From positions 1-64,000 of IMG/VR virus record IMGVR_UViG_3300025770_001492: 64,000 bases of DNA; one strand, written 5' to 3'. Position numbers and translations under genes: made by a program. Positions 48,291-56,242 of the stretch are shown in pieces. Within the stretch, counting starts at the first letter, position 1; each line of letters opens with the position of its first letter. The notes beneath the pieces were generated by a model. The model saw only the letters and a list, made by a program, of their open reading frames with translations, ran no database searches and was not told the origin of the DNA.

Positions 48291-48338
48291 GATTAAGAAA
48301 TCATATATACTTTAAACAATTCTTTTCAAGGAGGATTT

Positions 48339-48503
48339 ATGGATCTTTTAAGAATTATTGGCTCAGTGCTGCTCCCGCCTGTGGGAGTTTTCATGCAAGT
48401 AGGACTAGGATTCCATTTCTGGTTGAATATTCTGTTAACTTTGTTTGGATATATTCCCGGTTTGTTGCATGCTTTATGGATCATTTTAAAAGAAAATGAT
48501 TAA
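48339..48503 (+). CDS. YqaE/Pmp3 family small membrane protein (54 aa, missing from the ORF track)
   Basis: Manual translation ...LLPPVGVFMQVG...FWLNILLTLFGYIPGLLHALW; SD AAGGAGG. Confidence 0.9.
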   Translation: MDLLRIIGSVLLPPVGVFMQVGLGFHFWLNILLTLFGYIPGLLHALWIILKEND

Positions 48504-48532
48504 ACAAAAAACCCGCCAGAGGCGGGTTTTTT
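48504..48532. terminator. bidirectional terminator
   Basis: AAAAAACCCGCC/GGCGGGTTTTTT. Confidence 0.88.
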
Positions 48533-48770
48533 ATTTCTCATGTTCAAGCCACTCTACCGAGTAAAGACCATCCTCGTATGTTCCATATCCATCAGCCTTG
48601 CAATTAGAACATGTCACAGATTCGCCTGTTCTAGGATATTCCGATTCAAAATTTGAATAGCAACAACCGCACCTTATCATGTTTTTCGAATCAATTCGCC
48701 CTACGCTTGCTTCGCCTTCCTCTTTTTTACTTTGTCTTTCGAACCATTCTTTACTCAATCTTAATTTCAT
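48531..48770 (-). CDS. zinc-ribbon protein
   Basis: CGCC...CSNC. Confidence 0.5.
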   Translation of the reverse strand: MKLRLSKEWFERQSKKEEGEASVGRIDSKNMIRCGCCYSNFESEYPRTGESVTCSNCKADGYGTYEDGLYSVEWLEHEK

Positions 48771-48821
48771 AATAAAATCCTGACATCTATACCAAAATAG
48801 TATTTAGATTTTTAGGTTTAA

Positions 48822-49886
48822 TTAGTTTCCAGTTTTATCCAAGTAAATCGGGTCACGTTGCTTGATCATAAGACGACCAATGAGACCATGACTAGATTCA
48901 GTCATAGGTCGAATTACAATTCCCTCACGCAAACGATCTTTGTTAATTTTAGACTTCCCATTAGACATTTCAACAATAGTCTTATCACCCAACCATTCAC
49001 GTAGAGTAACGTTCTCTCCAAGAATAGGTGCCATGCGATCCTCTAGCTTCTTATCACGAAGAATAGAAACTAGCCTATTAGCATCTGTCCATTTACCATC
49101 GATTTTAAGATCAAAGAACCTCACAGTCTTTTCACTGAGTTTGTAATAGTTACCTTGAATGGCAGTGCCATGAGCTTCACCATAAAGAGTTACAGATACT
49201 GCACTCTCATCAGAAAGAATCTCTTTCGCAAGATCAATGATCTTCTCACGACGAGCAACTTCCCACAGATAGTGTTCTCCACCATCTTTTTCAAGGATGG
49301 AATGATTGCGTTGGTTTACATGTACGCTTCCACTAACAGTTACAGTTACAGAAAAATTTTGACCTTCTACTTTTTCAGTAACAATAATTGACACACCACT
49401 GTCAAGAATACTTTGCACAACAACTGGATAGTTTTCACAACCCTCAATGTCGTATTTTGATACACCATCTGGCAATGGCACAAGATCACAATTCTGACAA
49501 GAGATAGGCTCTGGTTCATATTTGGTAATGCCGAGAGCATCAGTAAGGTCCATGCCATGCATATCATCTACATCAACGTTCAGATGACTAGCAACTGATG
49601 CTACGTCAGCGATGAATCCCTGAGAGATTTCTTTGCGCAGCTTGACAGTTTTTACACGGTTGTGCTCTTTACCCGCCAACATGGTGCCAAGCCCAAATAA
49701 TTCGATTAACTCTGGAGTCATCACAGACTCTACAGGGAAATAAACTACTTTATCTCCAATGTCATAAGGAACATTTGAGATAAACTGATAACCAAGATCG
49801 TTTAACTTATAGATAGTCAAACGATCTGCGTTCGGATGTTGGATAACTTGATCAATAGTTTTGACTTCGACTTCAAATTTGCTCAT
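48822..49886 (-). CDS. RNA ligase, DRB0094 (Rnl2-like) family
   Basis: HPNADRL N-terminal domain, RVKTVKLRKEISQG, TEKVEGQN, YGE, FFD, REGIVIR. Confidence 0.9.
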   Translation of the reverse strand: MSKFEVEVKTIDQVIQHPNADRLTIYKLNDLGYQFISNVPYDIGDKVVYFPVESVMTPELIELFGLGTMLAGKEHNRVKTVKLRKEISQGFIADVASVASHLNVDVDDMHGMDLTDALGITKYEPEPISCQNCDLVPLPDGVSKYDIEGCENYPVVVQSILDSGVSIIVTEKVEGQNFSVTVTVSGSVHVNQRNHSILEKDGGEHYLWEVARREKIIDLAKEILSDESAVSVTLYGEAHGTAIQGNYYKLSEKTVRFFDLKIDGKWTDANRLVSILRDKKLEDRMAPILGENVTLREWLGDKTIVEMSNGKSKINKDRLREGIVIRPMTESSHGLIGRLMIKQRDPIYLDKTGN

Positions 49887-50119
49887 TTCATTCCTCTTTT
49901 AGACGAATCTAAATTTCGCATGGCACTCAATATGGAAAGAGTAAATATTCCAGAAGTTGCCAAATGGAGTCCAATATATACAAAAATTGCTGGTCCGTGA
50001 AACACAGCACAAGTGATTGCCCAAATAGCAATCACAATTATAAGCATGTATTTAAGTTCTAAGTTTTTCACCACATTAATCGCTTCAAATGTTCCGCCTG
50101 TGTATAAGATTGACGACAT
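49883..50119 (-). CDS. small membrane protein starting with a cytidylyltransferase remnant
   Basis: ILYTGGTFE matches the N-terminus of the 13304-13720 gene, followed by two TM-like segments. Confidence 0.5.
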   Translation of the reverse strand: MSSILYTGGTFEAINVVKNLELKYMLIIVIAIWAITCAVFHGPAIFVYIGLHLATSGIFTLSILSAMRNLDSSKRGMK

Positions 50120-50124
50120 TATAG

Positions 50125-51063
50125 TTAACCTCCAACTATTTTGAATATACCATTTAAATCGTCATCTCTAGAACAGGAAGTAGTGTGTAAGAATATAGAA
50201 TCGTTATCAAAAATTTTACTAAAATTAAACCTACAAGGATCGTCGTATGTAAACTCTCTAAAATCTTTTATGTCCCAACCGTGAGAACAAATTTCTAAAC
50301 CACTTTTTATTTTTTTCTGATCGTTGTTTGCAGTGTTTATCGCCAACTCAATTAAATGCTCGTCTTGTATCCACCTTGTGCTACGACCTATTTTTTTTGA
50401 AACAATCTTTTGTACTTCTAAGATATTGTCTAGCCCCTGTTTACTGCTTAGTGAAAGATTACATTTCTCAAGTCTAGTAACCAAAAGCTCGCAAAACTCT
50501 CTTGTTAGTAGTGCAAATCCAGTATTAAATACGGTGTCTTGATTTAACGTAATATCTAAGTGTTCAACGAAAGCTTTTCGTATAAAAAATCTAGCTTTTA
50601 GATACCAAGGGAAAGGTAAAGCGTCCCAATCTGGAATCGGCTCCACCGTTTCCAAAGCCTGTAAACCATTTTTTTCTTGTTCGGGGAAATCTTTATGCTG
50701 AATATAGCTAATGCCATCACGACACCAATCTCTGATATTATTGATGTGTCTTTTTTTATTTATAATAAATGTATCTAGATCCATAAATAATCCATAATCA
50801 TCTCCAGAATCTAAAAAATCATATATTCTAACAAACTTCCTCAAGAGAGGGCAAAGGGGTAAATTGATTAATTGTCTAACTAGATAGTGCTTATCGTCTA
50901 AAACGTTTAGCTTTATGCCATCTTGAGAAAAATAACTAAACTGAGAAGCCAAAGATGTCAAATGCCACTGTTCAACGACTGGCATCGTATTTAATAAATA
51001 GGCCGATATTTTAACCATCTTCTTTCCTGTCTGTAAAAAATTTATAAAGTCTTCCCGCCGCAT
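50125..51063 (-). CDS. GT-A-like protein, paralogue of 13717-14628
   Basis: Shared LNTMP, NVLDD.HYLVRQ, PLLRK, YDFLDSG.DYGLF.DLDT. Confidence 0.6.
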   Translation of the reverse strand: MRREDFINFLQTGKKMVKISAYLLNTMPVVEQWHLTSLASQFSYFSQDGIKLNVLDDKHYLVRQLINLPLCPLLRKFVRIYDFLDSGDDYGLFMDLDTFIINKKRHINNIRDWCRDGISYIQHKDFPEQEKNGLQALETVEPIPDWDALPFPWYLKARFFIRKAFVEHLDITLNQDTVFNTGFALLTREFCELLVTRLEKCNLSLSSKQGLDNILEVQKIVSKKIGRSTRWIQDEHLIELAINTANNDQKKIKSGLEICSHGWDIKDFREFTYDDPCRFNFSKIFDNDSIFLHTTSCSRDDDLNGIFKIVGG

Positions 51064-51166
51064 CTAGTTTATGCTCTTTAAATTCTAATAAGCCGTTATC
51101 ATTTATAAAAACATCCTCATCAATATTAATTTTACACTCTGGGAGGGAAGCAGCAAAATCTGTAGT

Positions 51167-52921
51167 TCAAGAAAAGATTTTTAAGAAGCTAGACTTGTCC
51201 AGATTGTCCAAAGAGAAGTCGTAATCTGCATCTTCAGGGCAGCTAACAATCTCTGCTCCCAAGATCATCACAATCTCTTTAAAAGACAAAGGATTCGTCC
51301 ATTGTTGCTTCAACGCCTCAATGCCCTCTGTGCCTCTGGAAACCCTAGCGTTTCCTTTGCCGAAGTTAAGCAGCACAAAGCATTGGCGTTCTGGGACCGA
51401 TGGTAAAAGCATCCCCAAGATGGTTTGTTGCTGAACCGAGTTGGTTACACACTCAAAAGCAACCTTGTTTGGGTCCATCATGTATTCATGAGAAACTTTT
51501 GGAGCATATCCAACAACAATTTTATATTTGCAATCTGGTTCGCCAGAATAGACATTGTTAACCATCAAATACTCTGAATCGCAACTCTCTCCTACGTGCA
51601 TGTATTCCACAGCACCGTTTGGAGCATCAGTAATGTCCCCAGAGTAAGTAAGATCGCCATCGTGAAAGCTGGCGTTCCAGCCAACCTTTGATCCGCTAAT
51701 GTTCATTGCAGAAAGATCCAAGTCGTTCGCTCCCCAAGAATTTTCCCAATAAATTCCTACAGCAATTCTTTCGCCATAAAATTTAGTTCCAGTGGGAATA
51801 TTTCCAACAAACATTTTTTCTGAAGTGGGGAGAGCATATTCGACTTCTTTGGGGAAATAGAATTTTTTACCACTCAAATTGTATCGGTTCTTAAGACTCT
51901 GGATGATCAGGGAAACATTTGCGGTCATCACATTGTTTTGCCCCTCACTCAATGGATTTTGCTTTGTCCAACTTTTACCGTTTCTAATACGGTATACAAA
52001 GTTGTCCTGCCCATTCTGCCTGCTGTGGCAGGCAGAAAGTGCCTTAAACATCGCAAATGGAGTTGCGTTCTCAAGCCAGTGCAACTCACTCTCATCGAGA
52101 AGACGATGAGTCACCATATTCAATGGATTTTGCACCAAAGGCTTGTGGTTGCTTTTTGAAAGCTTTGAGATCTTGTTGACAACAGATGAGCACTTTGCCT
52201 TGTATGCCAAAAACAAAGGCTTGAATCGATTAAAAACTTCAGCAAGATTTTCCAGACCAAAACTAACAAACAGTTTTTCTGGATTGAAACCACTGGCCTT
52301 GATTGCAGCAATTGTTTCATTGTTCTTAATCAAAAGAGTTTCGCCTGTAGTCTTGAAAAGAACGTACCGCAAAAACTCCGCAGTATCCTTGGGCAGAACT
52401 CCGCAATCATCTGCAATCTTTATGATTGCCTCTTTATTCCTGATTCCTTCATCGCCAGAAAACTTGTATTCCAATTCTTCTGTCAAAACAGAAAGAATGC
52501 AGTCAACAGTTTCCTCTTTCATTGCGATGCCAGAACGAAGCATATTAAGACACTTCTCAGTCATTTCTTTGACTGAATATGCCTTGATGACCTTGAACGT
52601 CAGCTTAACATCAGGTACTTCTGCAATTCCTTCTGGATAGTATGCCTCTGCCTGAAAGTCAGAGCCATACGTGCTGAAATAGTGACTGATCTGGTCAAGG
52701 TACAATTCGTACCTTGAGCTATTTTGAACCTTTTCCCAAGACTTATAAAAAGTCTTGTTCAAATCGTTCCCACTCAGCTTCTGGGCATCGTAGTAGCTTA
52801 CAATCTGATCCTTTGCCCAAAGCGCATTAGGTTCGATGATGTAACCATCGTCACTGAGGTGAACCAAAGGATTGTTAGATTCTTTTGCTACAACTGCGTT
52901 AAAAAGCTCAAGGGTTTTCAT
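51167..52921 (-). CDS. large protein with helical N-terminal region and C-terminal TerD-like domain
   Basis: GIYWEN...DLDLSAM...YSGDITDAPNGAVEY TerD-like motifs. Confidence 0.65.
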   Translation of the reverse strand: MKTLELFNAVVAKESNNPLVHLSDDGYIIEPNALWAKDQIVSYYDAQKLSGNDLNKTFYKSWEKVQNSSRYELYLDQISHYFSTYGSDFQAEAYYPEGIAEVPDVKLTFKVIKAYSVKEMTEKCLNMLRSGIAMKEETVDCILSVLTEELEYKFSGDEGIRNKEAIIKIADDCGVLPKDTAEFLRYVLFKTTGETLLIKNNETIAAIKASGFNPEKLFVSFGLENLAEVFNRFKPLFLAYKAKCSSVVNKISKLSKSNHKPLVQNPLNMVTHRLLDESELHWLENATPFAMFKALSACHSRQNGQDNFVYRIRNGKSWTKQNPLSEGQNNVMTANVSLIIQSLKNRYNLSGKKFYFPKEVEYALPTSEKMFVGNIPTGTKFYGERIAVGIYWENSWGANDLDLSAMNISGSKVGWNASFHDGDLTYSGDITDAPNGAVEYMHVGESCDSEYLMVNNVYSGEPDCKYKIVVGYAPKVSHEYMMDPNKVAFECVTNSVQQQTILGMLLPSVPERQCFVLLNFGKGNARVSRGTEGIEALKQQWTNPLSFKEIVMILGAEIVSCPEDADYDFSLDNLDKSSFLKIFS

Positions 52922-52939
52922 AATTAAAATCCTGAAAAA

Positions 52940-52987
52940 GGCGAAGAGTAAAAATTCATTGGTATTTTTATAGGAACTCTTTATGCC
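52940..52987 (-). ncRNA. bulged hairpin RNA motif, copy A
   Basis: GGC-AUA-AAGAGU-UCCUAU-AAAAA...UUUUU-ACUCUU-CGCC followed by a U-tract. Confidence 0.7.
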
Positions 52988-53002
52988 TATGATTCAAAAA
53001 GA

Positions 53003-53055
53003 CGGCGAGCAGTAAAACTATCATTTATAAGATTTTATAGGAACTGCTTTTGCCG
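53003..53055 (-). ncRNA. bulged hairpin RNA motif, copy B
   Basis: CGGC-AAA-AGCAGU-UCCUAU-AAAA...UUUU-ACUGCU-CGCCG; compensatory pairs relative to copy A. Confidence 0.7.
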
Positions 53056-53064
53056 AACACTCAT

Positions 53065-53092
53065 ACTATACGACTTTGATTTCAGATGTAAA
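53065..53092 (-). promoter_or_regulatory. promoter TTTACA-N16-GTCG-containing-TATAGT
   Basis: Same motif as the 5265-5424 repeats; predicted start just before hairpin B. Confidence 0.8.
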
Positions 53093-53116
53093 CCTACATT
53101 TGTGAAAAGTTTGTAG

Positions 53117-53347
53117 CTAATAACTCCAAACTTTTCTTATATGAGACAAACTGTCCCCGTATTTTTCTTTTAACTTATTCATTAACTTTGACCTATCGTC
53201 AGAGACAAAAGACTCTTCTGAGACTGGATAGCCTTCAGGATACACAGAAGGCGGAACAATTCTCAAGGACTCCTCGACATGTGTTAAACGCTTGTCTTTC
53301 CAAATGAAAAAAGACACACGCCTGATCGTAACATCACTCATAACCAT
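53117..53347 (-). CDS. hypothetical protein
   Basis: Coupled ORF. Confidence 0.5.
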   Translation of the reverse strand: MVMSDVTIRRVSFFIWKDKRLTHVEESLRIVPPSVYPEGYPVSEESFVSDDRSKLMNKLKEKYGDSLSHIRKVWSY

Positions 53348-53720
53348 CGTCCTGATTGGCGTCTATGCAAAGTTGAATTATATCATCCAATTCCTGTACA
53401 TCCATTTCCTGTCCCGTTTCTTCCATGTATGCTTGAAGAATATCTATTTTGTCAGAAATAGTCAAACTCTTAAGCTGTCGGATCTGATCAAGATCCATAT
53501 TTCTCATTTCCTCAAGAAAATTGTCCAAACATTCTTTAGCAGTTTTTGCCTGTTCGGGTGTATACTCAACCCCTCTTTCGGCCATTGCGTTTCTAAAATA
53601 AAGAACTTCATCGTTCGGCAGTGAAGGACGCATGGGAAATCTCCTAAAAACAAAATATTTAAGAACAGTATCTTTGCTCATGAAATAAGTCAACAGCAAA
53701 ACCTGTTTCTCAATCTCCAA
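53334..53720 (-). CDS. hypothetical protein
   Basis: Coupled ORF. Confidence 0.55.
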   Translation of the reverse strand: MEIEKQVLLLTYFMSKDTVLKYFVFRRFPMRPSLPNDEVLYFRNAMAERGVEYTPEQAKTAKECLDNFLEEMRNMDLDQIRQLKSLTISDKIDILQAYMEETGQEMDVQELDDIIQLCIDANQDDGYE

Positions 53721-54306
53721 AACTATATTTAAACAAATCTATGTCCTTCTCAAAGAGATTAGAAACCAAATCTCTTGTCTCTGAATCGTAATAATCCTCA
53801 TATGAAATAGATCTCTGAGTCCTGTTTTTAAAATCAAGCTTAAACTTGGGAATTCCTATCTTTTCACACACTCTATCAAAATCATGTTGGAGACTTTCAA
53901 ACCTACCAACAAAGTCCATCACCAAATCGCCCTGAGCATCACATAGAAATTTATATTGTGGAACAAGAGGCTGATAACAGCACCGCACAGTCTCGGGAAT
54001 CCACGCTTCGTTACAGTTGTTGTCTTTGTAAAGCCATGTCTTGAGAGACATGTGATCACGCACAGGACGCTCAAACTCGTCTGTAGCGTAGAAGTACCAT
54101 GAAATAACCCAGTCCCAAGGATTTCTCACAAATCCAAATTTGAAACAATCAAAATACTTCTCATCATGAAAATAAATCGGGGTGTGCTTCTTGTGACAAT
54201 GCGGGATTATTTTGTATTTCGTCTTAATATAGGACTCAATTGATGTTGTTCCTGTTTTTGGAACTCCAACATATATGAATTTGTATTGTTTGTTGATCAT
54301 TCTCAA
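53710..54306 (-). CDS. sulfotransferase family 2
   Basis: VPKTGTTSI, FVRNPWDWVISWY, FVGRFESL. Confidence 0.88.
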   Translation of the reverse strand: MRMINKQYKFIYVGVPKTGTTSIESYIKTKYKIIPHCHKKHTPIYFHDEKYFDCFKFGFVRNPWDWVISWYFYATDEFERPVRDHMSLKTWLYKDNNCNEAWIPETVRCCYQPLVPQYKFLCDAQGDLVMDFVGRFESLQHDFDRVCEKIGIPKFKLDFKNRTQRSISYEDYYDSETRDLVSNLFEKDIDLFKYSFGD

Positions 54307-54341
54307 CCATATATGAATACTGTTATGTTTGGATCGCTAAA

Positions 54342-54524
54342 TTAAATAGGTACTTTAGCAACAATCTTCGTACCTTGACCCACTGGAACAAGCAGCGGAA
54401 TGACCCATTCAGTGGTTTCCATAGAAATCATCCTTGGGCCAACGATAAGATTCTCCCCAAAAAGTGCAATTATGGAATCCAAAAAGTCAGATGGGTGGCA
54501 ATCTTGTAACTCTTGGAGAGTCAT
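54342..54524 (-). CDS. hypothetical protein
   Basis: 60-aa ORF. Confidence 0.4.
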   Translation of the reverse strand: MTLQELQDCHPSDFLDSIIALFGENLIVGPRMISMETTEWVIPLLVPVGQGTKIVAKVPI

Positions 54525-54759
54525 TGCAGTCCTCAGTTTTCTGCACAGGTACTACTTGATGATCATGTCGCTTGCAGTTATGCACATGCTTGCGACGACA
54601 CCAATTGTTGTATGCGTTGGCTATGGGAATTGAAATTAAAGATAGCCCAAGGCCGCCAAATAAAATCAATCCCTCAACTATAAACCCACAAACACAAGCT
54701 AACATCAGCAACAATCCGTTCCAGAACAACAATCGTTTTGTATTACAGGAATCCCACAC
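54487..54759 (-). CDS. small membrane protein
   Basis: Two hydrophobic segments; start uncertain. Confidence 0.4.
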   Translation of the reverse strand: MWDSCNTKRLLFWNGLLLMLACVCGFIVEGLILFGGLGLSLISIPIANAYNNWCRRKHVHNCKRHDHQVVPVQKTEDCNDSPRVTRLPPI

Positions 54760-55136
54760 TTGTCCTTAGCCAAACAATCTGTCTTTGTAGGCGTCAGATA
54801 AAATACTCCGTCCTTAAACTCTACACCCCATATGCCAATCGTCTCTGCTTGGTATTCCACCTGAACGAGCCAATCGCCGGGTTTTAAGCTTTTTTCTGCG
54901 GCTTCAATTATAGATGAAAGTTTCTTAGGCGACAAGCGATGATCATAATCATCAGCAGTCCAAAGTTGAAAACAAATATAAGTTGATTGACGCTGATAGC
55001 CGCCACAATCAACAAAACACTTATCGGACACACCAACCTCTGTGATGTGAAAATGCTCTGGAACATGGCCGTTGGGCAACTTGAATCTTAAAACGTCAAG
55101 ATTGCCAACGTGCTTTTTGAATTCTGATAGTATCAT
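54705..55136 (-). CDS. DUF6428-like protein
   Basis: VPEHFHITEVG, FVDCGG, FQLW, VEYQAETI, TDCLAKDKCG. Confidence 0.75.
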   Translation of the reverse strand: MILSEFKKHVGNLDVLRFKLPNGHVPEHFHITEVGVSDKCFVDCGGYQRQSTYICFQLWTADDYDHRLSPKKLSSIIEAAEKSLKPGDWLVQVEYQAETIGIWGVEFKDGVFYLTPTKTDCLAKDKCGIPVIQNDCCSGTDCC

Positions 55137-55258
55137 TCGTTTTCCTTTTTCAAGTTTTTCAATCTTTTTCTTACAGCATTGTCAGAAACTTTGTAAAATC
55201 TTCCAGTAGCACAGAAGTTGTTTTTAAATTCTTTAAGCTTGCTTTCAAGTTCTTCTAA

Positions 55259-55330
55259 TACCGCATGGGAGTTTCGATCTCCCTCCTGCTGTTAGAAAGA
55301 CAGCCGACCTAGCCAGTAGTCGAATGCGGC
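55259..55330 (-). tRNA. trnE: tRNA-Glu(UUC)
   Basis: GCCGCAT/ATGCGGT acceptor, GCTGT-CTTTCTA-ACAGC anticodon arm, atypical T loop ATCGAAA. Confidence 0.82.
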
Positions 55331-55338
55331 ATTCTAAG

Positions 55339-55411
55339 CTCTCCGAGTAGGACTTGAACCTACAACCTAGCGGTTAACAGCCGCTCGCTCTACCAATTGA
55401 GCTATCGGAGA
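55339..55411 (-). tRNA. trnN: tRNA-Asn(GUU)
   Basis: TCTCCGA/TCGGAGA acceptor, CTGTTAA loop, canonical D and T arms. Confidence 0.95.
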
Positions 55412-55417
55412 TTAAAG

Positions 55418-55455
55418 AGCCAACCGTGAGACTCGAACTCACAACCTGTTGATTA
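55418..55455 (-). tRNA. trnT: 3' half of split tRNA-Thr(UGU)
   Basis: TAA-TCAAC-AGGTT-GTGAG-TTCGAGT-CTCAC-GGTTGGC-T; complements the 5' half at 55614-55648. Confidence 0.85.
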
Positions 55456-55456
55456 G

Positions 55457-55530
55457 AGCGAATGACGAGATTCGAACTCGCAATACTTCTGGGTGGAAAC
55501 CAGACGCTTTACCTAATAAGCTTCATTCGC
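55457..55530 (-). tRNA. trnG: tRNA-Gly(UCC), nested inside split tRNA-Thr
   Basis: GCGAATG/CATTCGC, TCTGG-TTTCCAC-CCAGA, U73. Confidence 0.9.
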
Positions 55531-55537
55531 AACTGAG

Positions 55538-55613
55538 TCGGGGAGACAGGATTTGAACCTGCGATAACTCCCGGCCCCAAACCGGGCGGACGACCAGACT
55601 GTCCAACTCCCCG
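55538..55613 (-). tRNA. trnP: tRNA-Pro(UGG), nested inside split tRNA-Thr
   Basis: CGGGGAG/CTCCCCG, CCCGG-TTTGGGG-CCGGG, C1-G72 and A73. Confidence 0.92.
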
Positions 55614-55648
55614 CAAATCAACTGCTCTGCCAATTGAGCTAGGTTGGC
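55614..55648 (-). tRNA. trnT: 5' half of split tRNA-Thr(UGU)
   Basis: GCCAACC-TA-GCTC-AATTGGCA-GAGC-A-GTTGA-TTTG. Confidence 0.85.
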
Positions 55649-55655
55649 ATTTCTA

Positions 55656-56057
55656 CTAACCAACCCCCGTTCCGGGAGGTTGGTATTTCCCAGTTATACC
55701 AAAATATTCCCAATCGCATTCTGTACAAATAAAGTTATCATATGAACTATCTCTTTCGTGTTCGCTGTATCGAACAAGTTGTTCTGTATCTTTTTCGCAA
55801 TTCGGGCAATGCATCTCATCTCTTTCCCATCCGTCTGCCAGCCAACGATGTACTTCCGAAGTCAGGTCGGATTTCTTCTTTTTCTTTTTGAGTTTTTTGA
55901 AAAGTCGTTTAATTTGTTCATACGCAACTTCAGCGGTCAGATCTGTAGACTTATTGGACTCTAGATCCACTATGATATCGACTTTATTTGCGAACATCCG
56001 TAGATCACCTTCAAATTCTGAGTGACCTCCAGTTATTAAATACTTATTTTCTTCCAT
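55656..56057 (-). CDS. hypothetical protein with zinc ribbon
   Basis: HCPNC...CTEC. Confidence 0.55.
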   Translation of the reverse strand: MEENKYLITGGHSEFEGDLRMFANKVDIIVDLESNKSTDLTAEVAYEQIKRLFKKLKKKKKKSDLTSEVHRWLADGWERDEMHCPNCEKDTEQLVRYSEHERDSSYDNFICTECDWEYFGITGKYQPPGTGVG

Positions 56058-56071
56058 TTCATTACTCCATT

Positions 56072-56107
56072 AAAAAAACCCACTTAGGCGTTGCCTAAGT
56101 GGGTTTT
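56072..56107. terminator. rho-independent terminator
   Basis: AAAACCCACTTAGGC/GCCTAAGTGGGTTTT. Confidence 0.88.
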
Positions 56108-56152
56108 CTTCCTCTTTGTCCAACTCAGGCACTCCTGAGTTCGACAGGAGAG

Positions 56153-56242
56153 TTACATATTTCTAACGGCACCACGTTCCCAGAAAACGGGTGGATAAGT
56201 TCCATTTGGAACTGTATTTCTGGTTGTTGTGCAATTTGTCAT
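56153..56242 (-). CDS. 29-aa peptide ORF enclosed by a long stem
   Basis: MTNCTTTRNTVPNGTYPPVFWERGAVRNM; flanked by inverted repeat 56143-56155/56250-56262. Confidence 0.35.
   Translation of the reverse strand: MTNCTTTRNTVPNGTYPPVFWERGAVRNM

Noticed and set aside
51135-51165. GGGAGGGAAGCAGC resembling the SRP RNA loop
   Set aside because: No flanking long hairpin; too short to support.
55418-55648. Alternative joins giving tRNA-Ala(UGC) or tRNA-Arg(UCU), or a group I intron
   Set aside because: No G3-U70 for Ala and no A20 for Arg; the insert is fully accounted for by two tRNAs, with no group I core.
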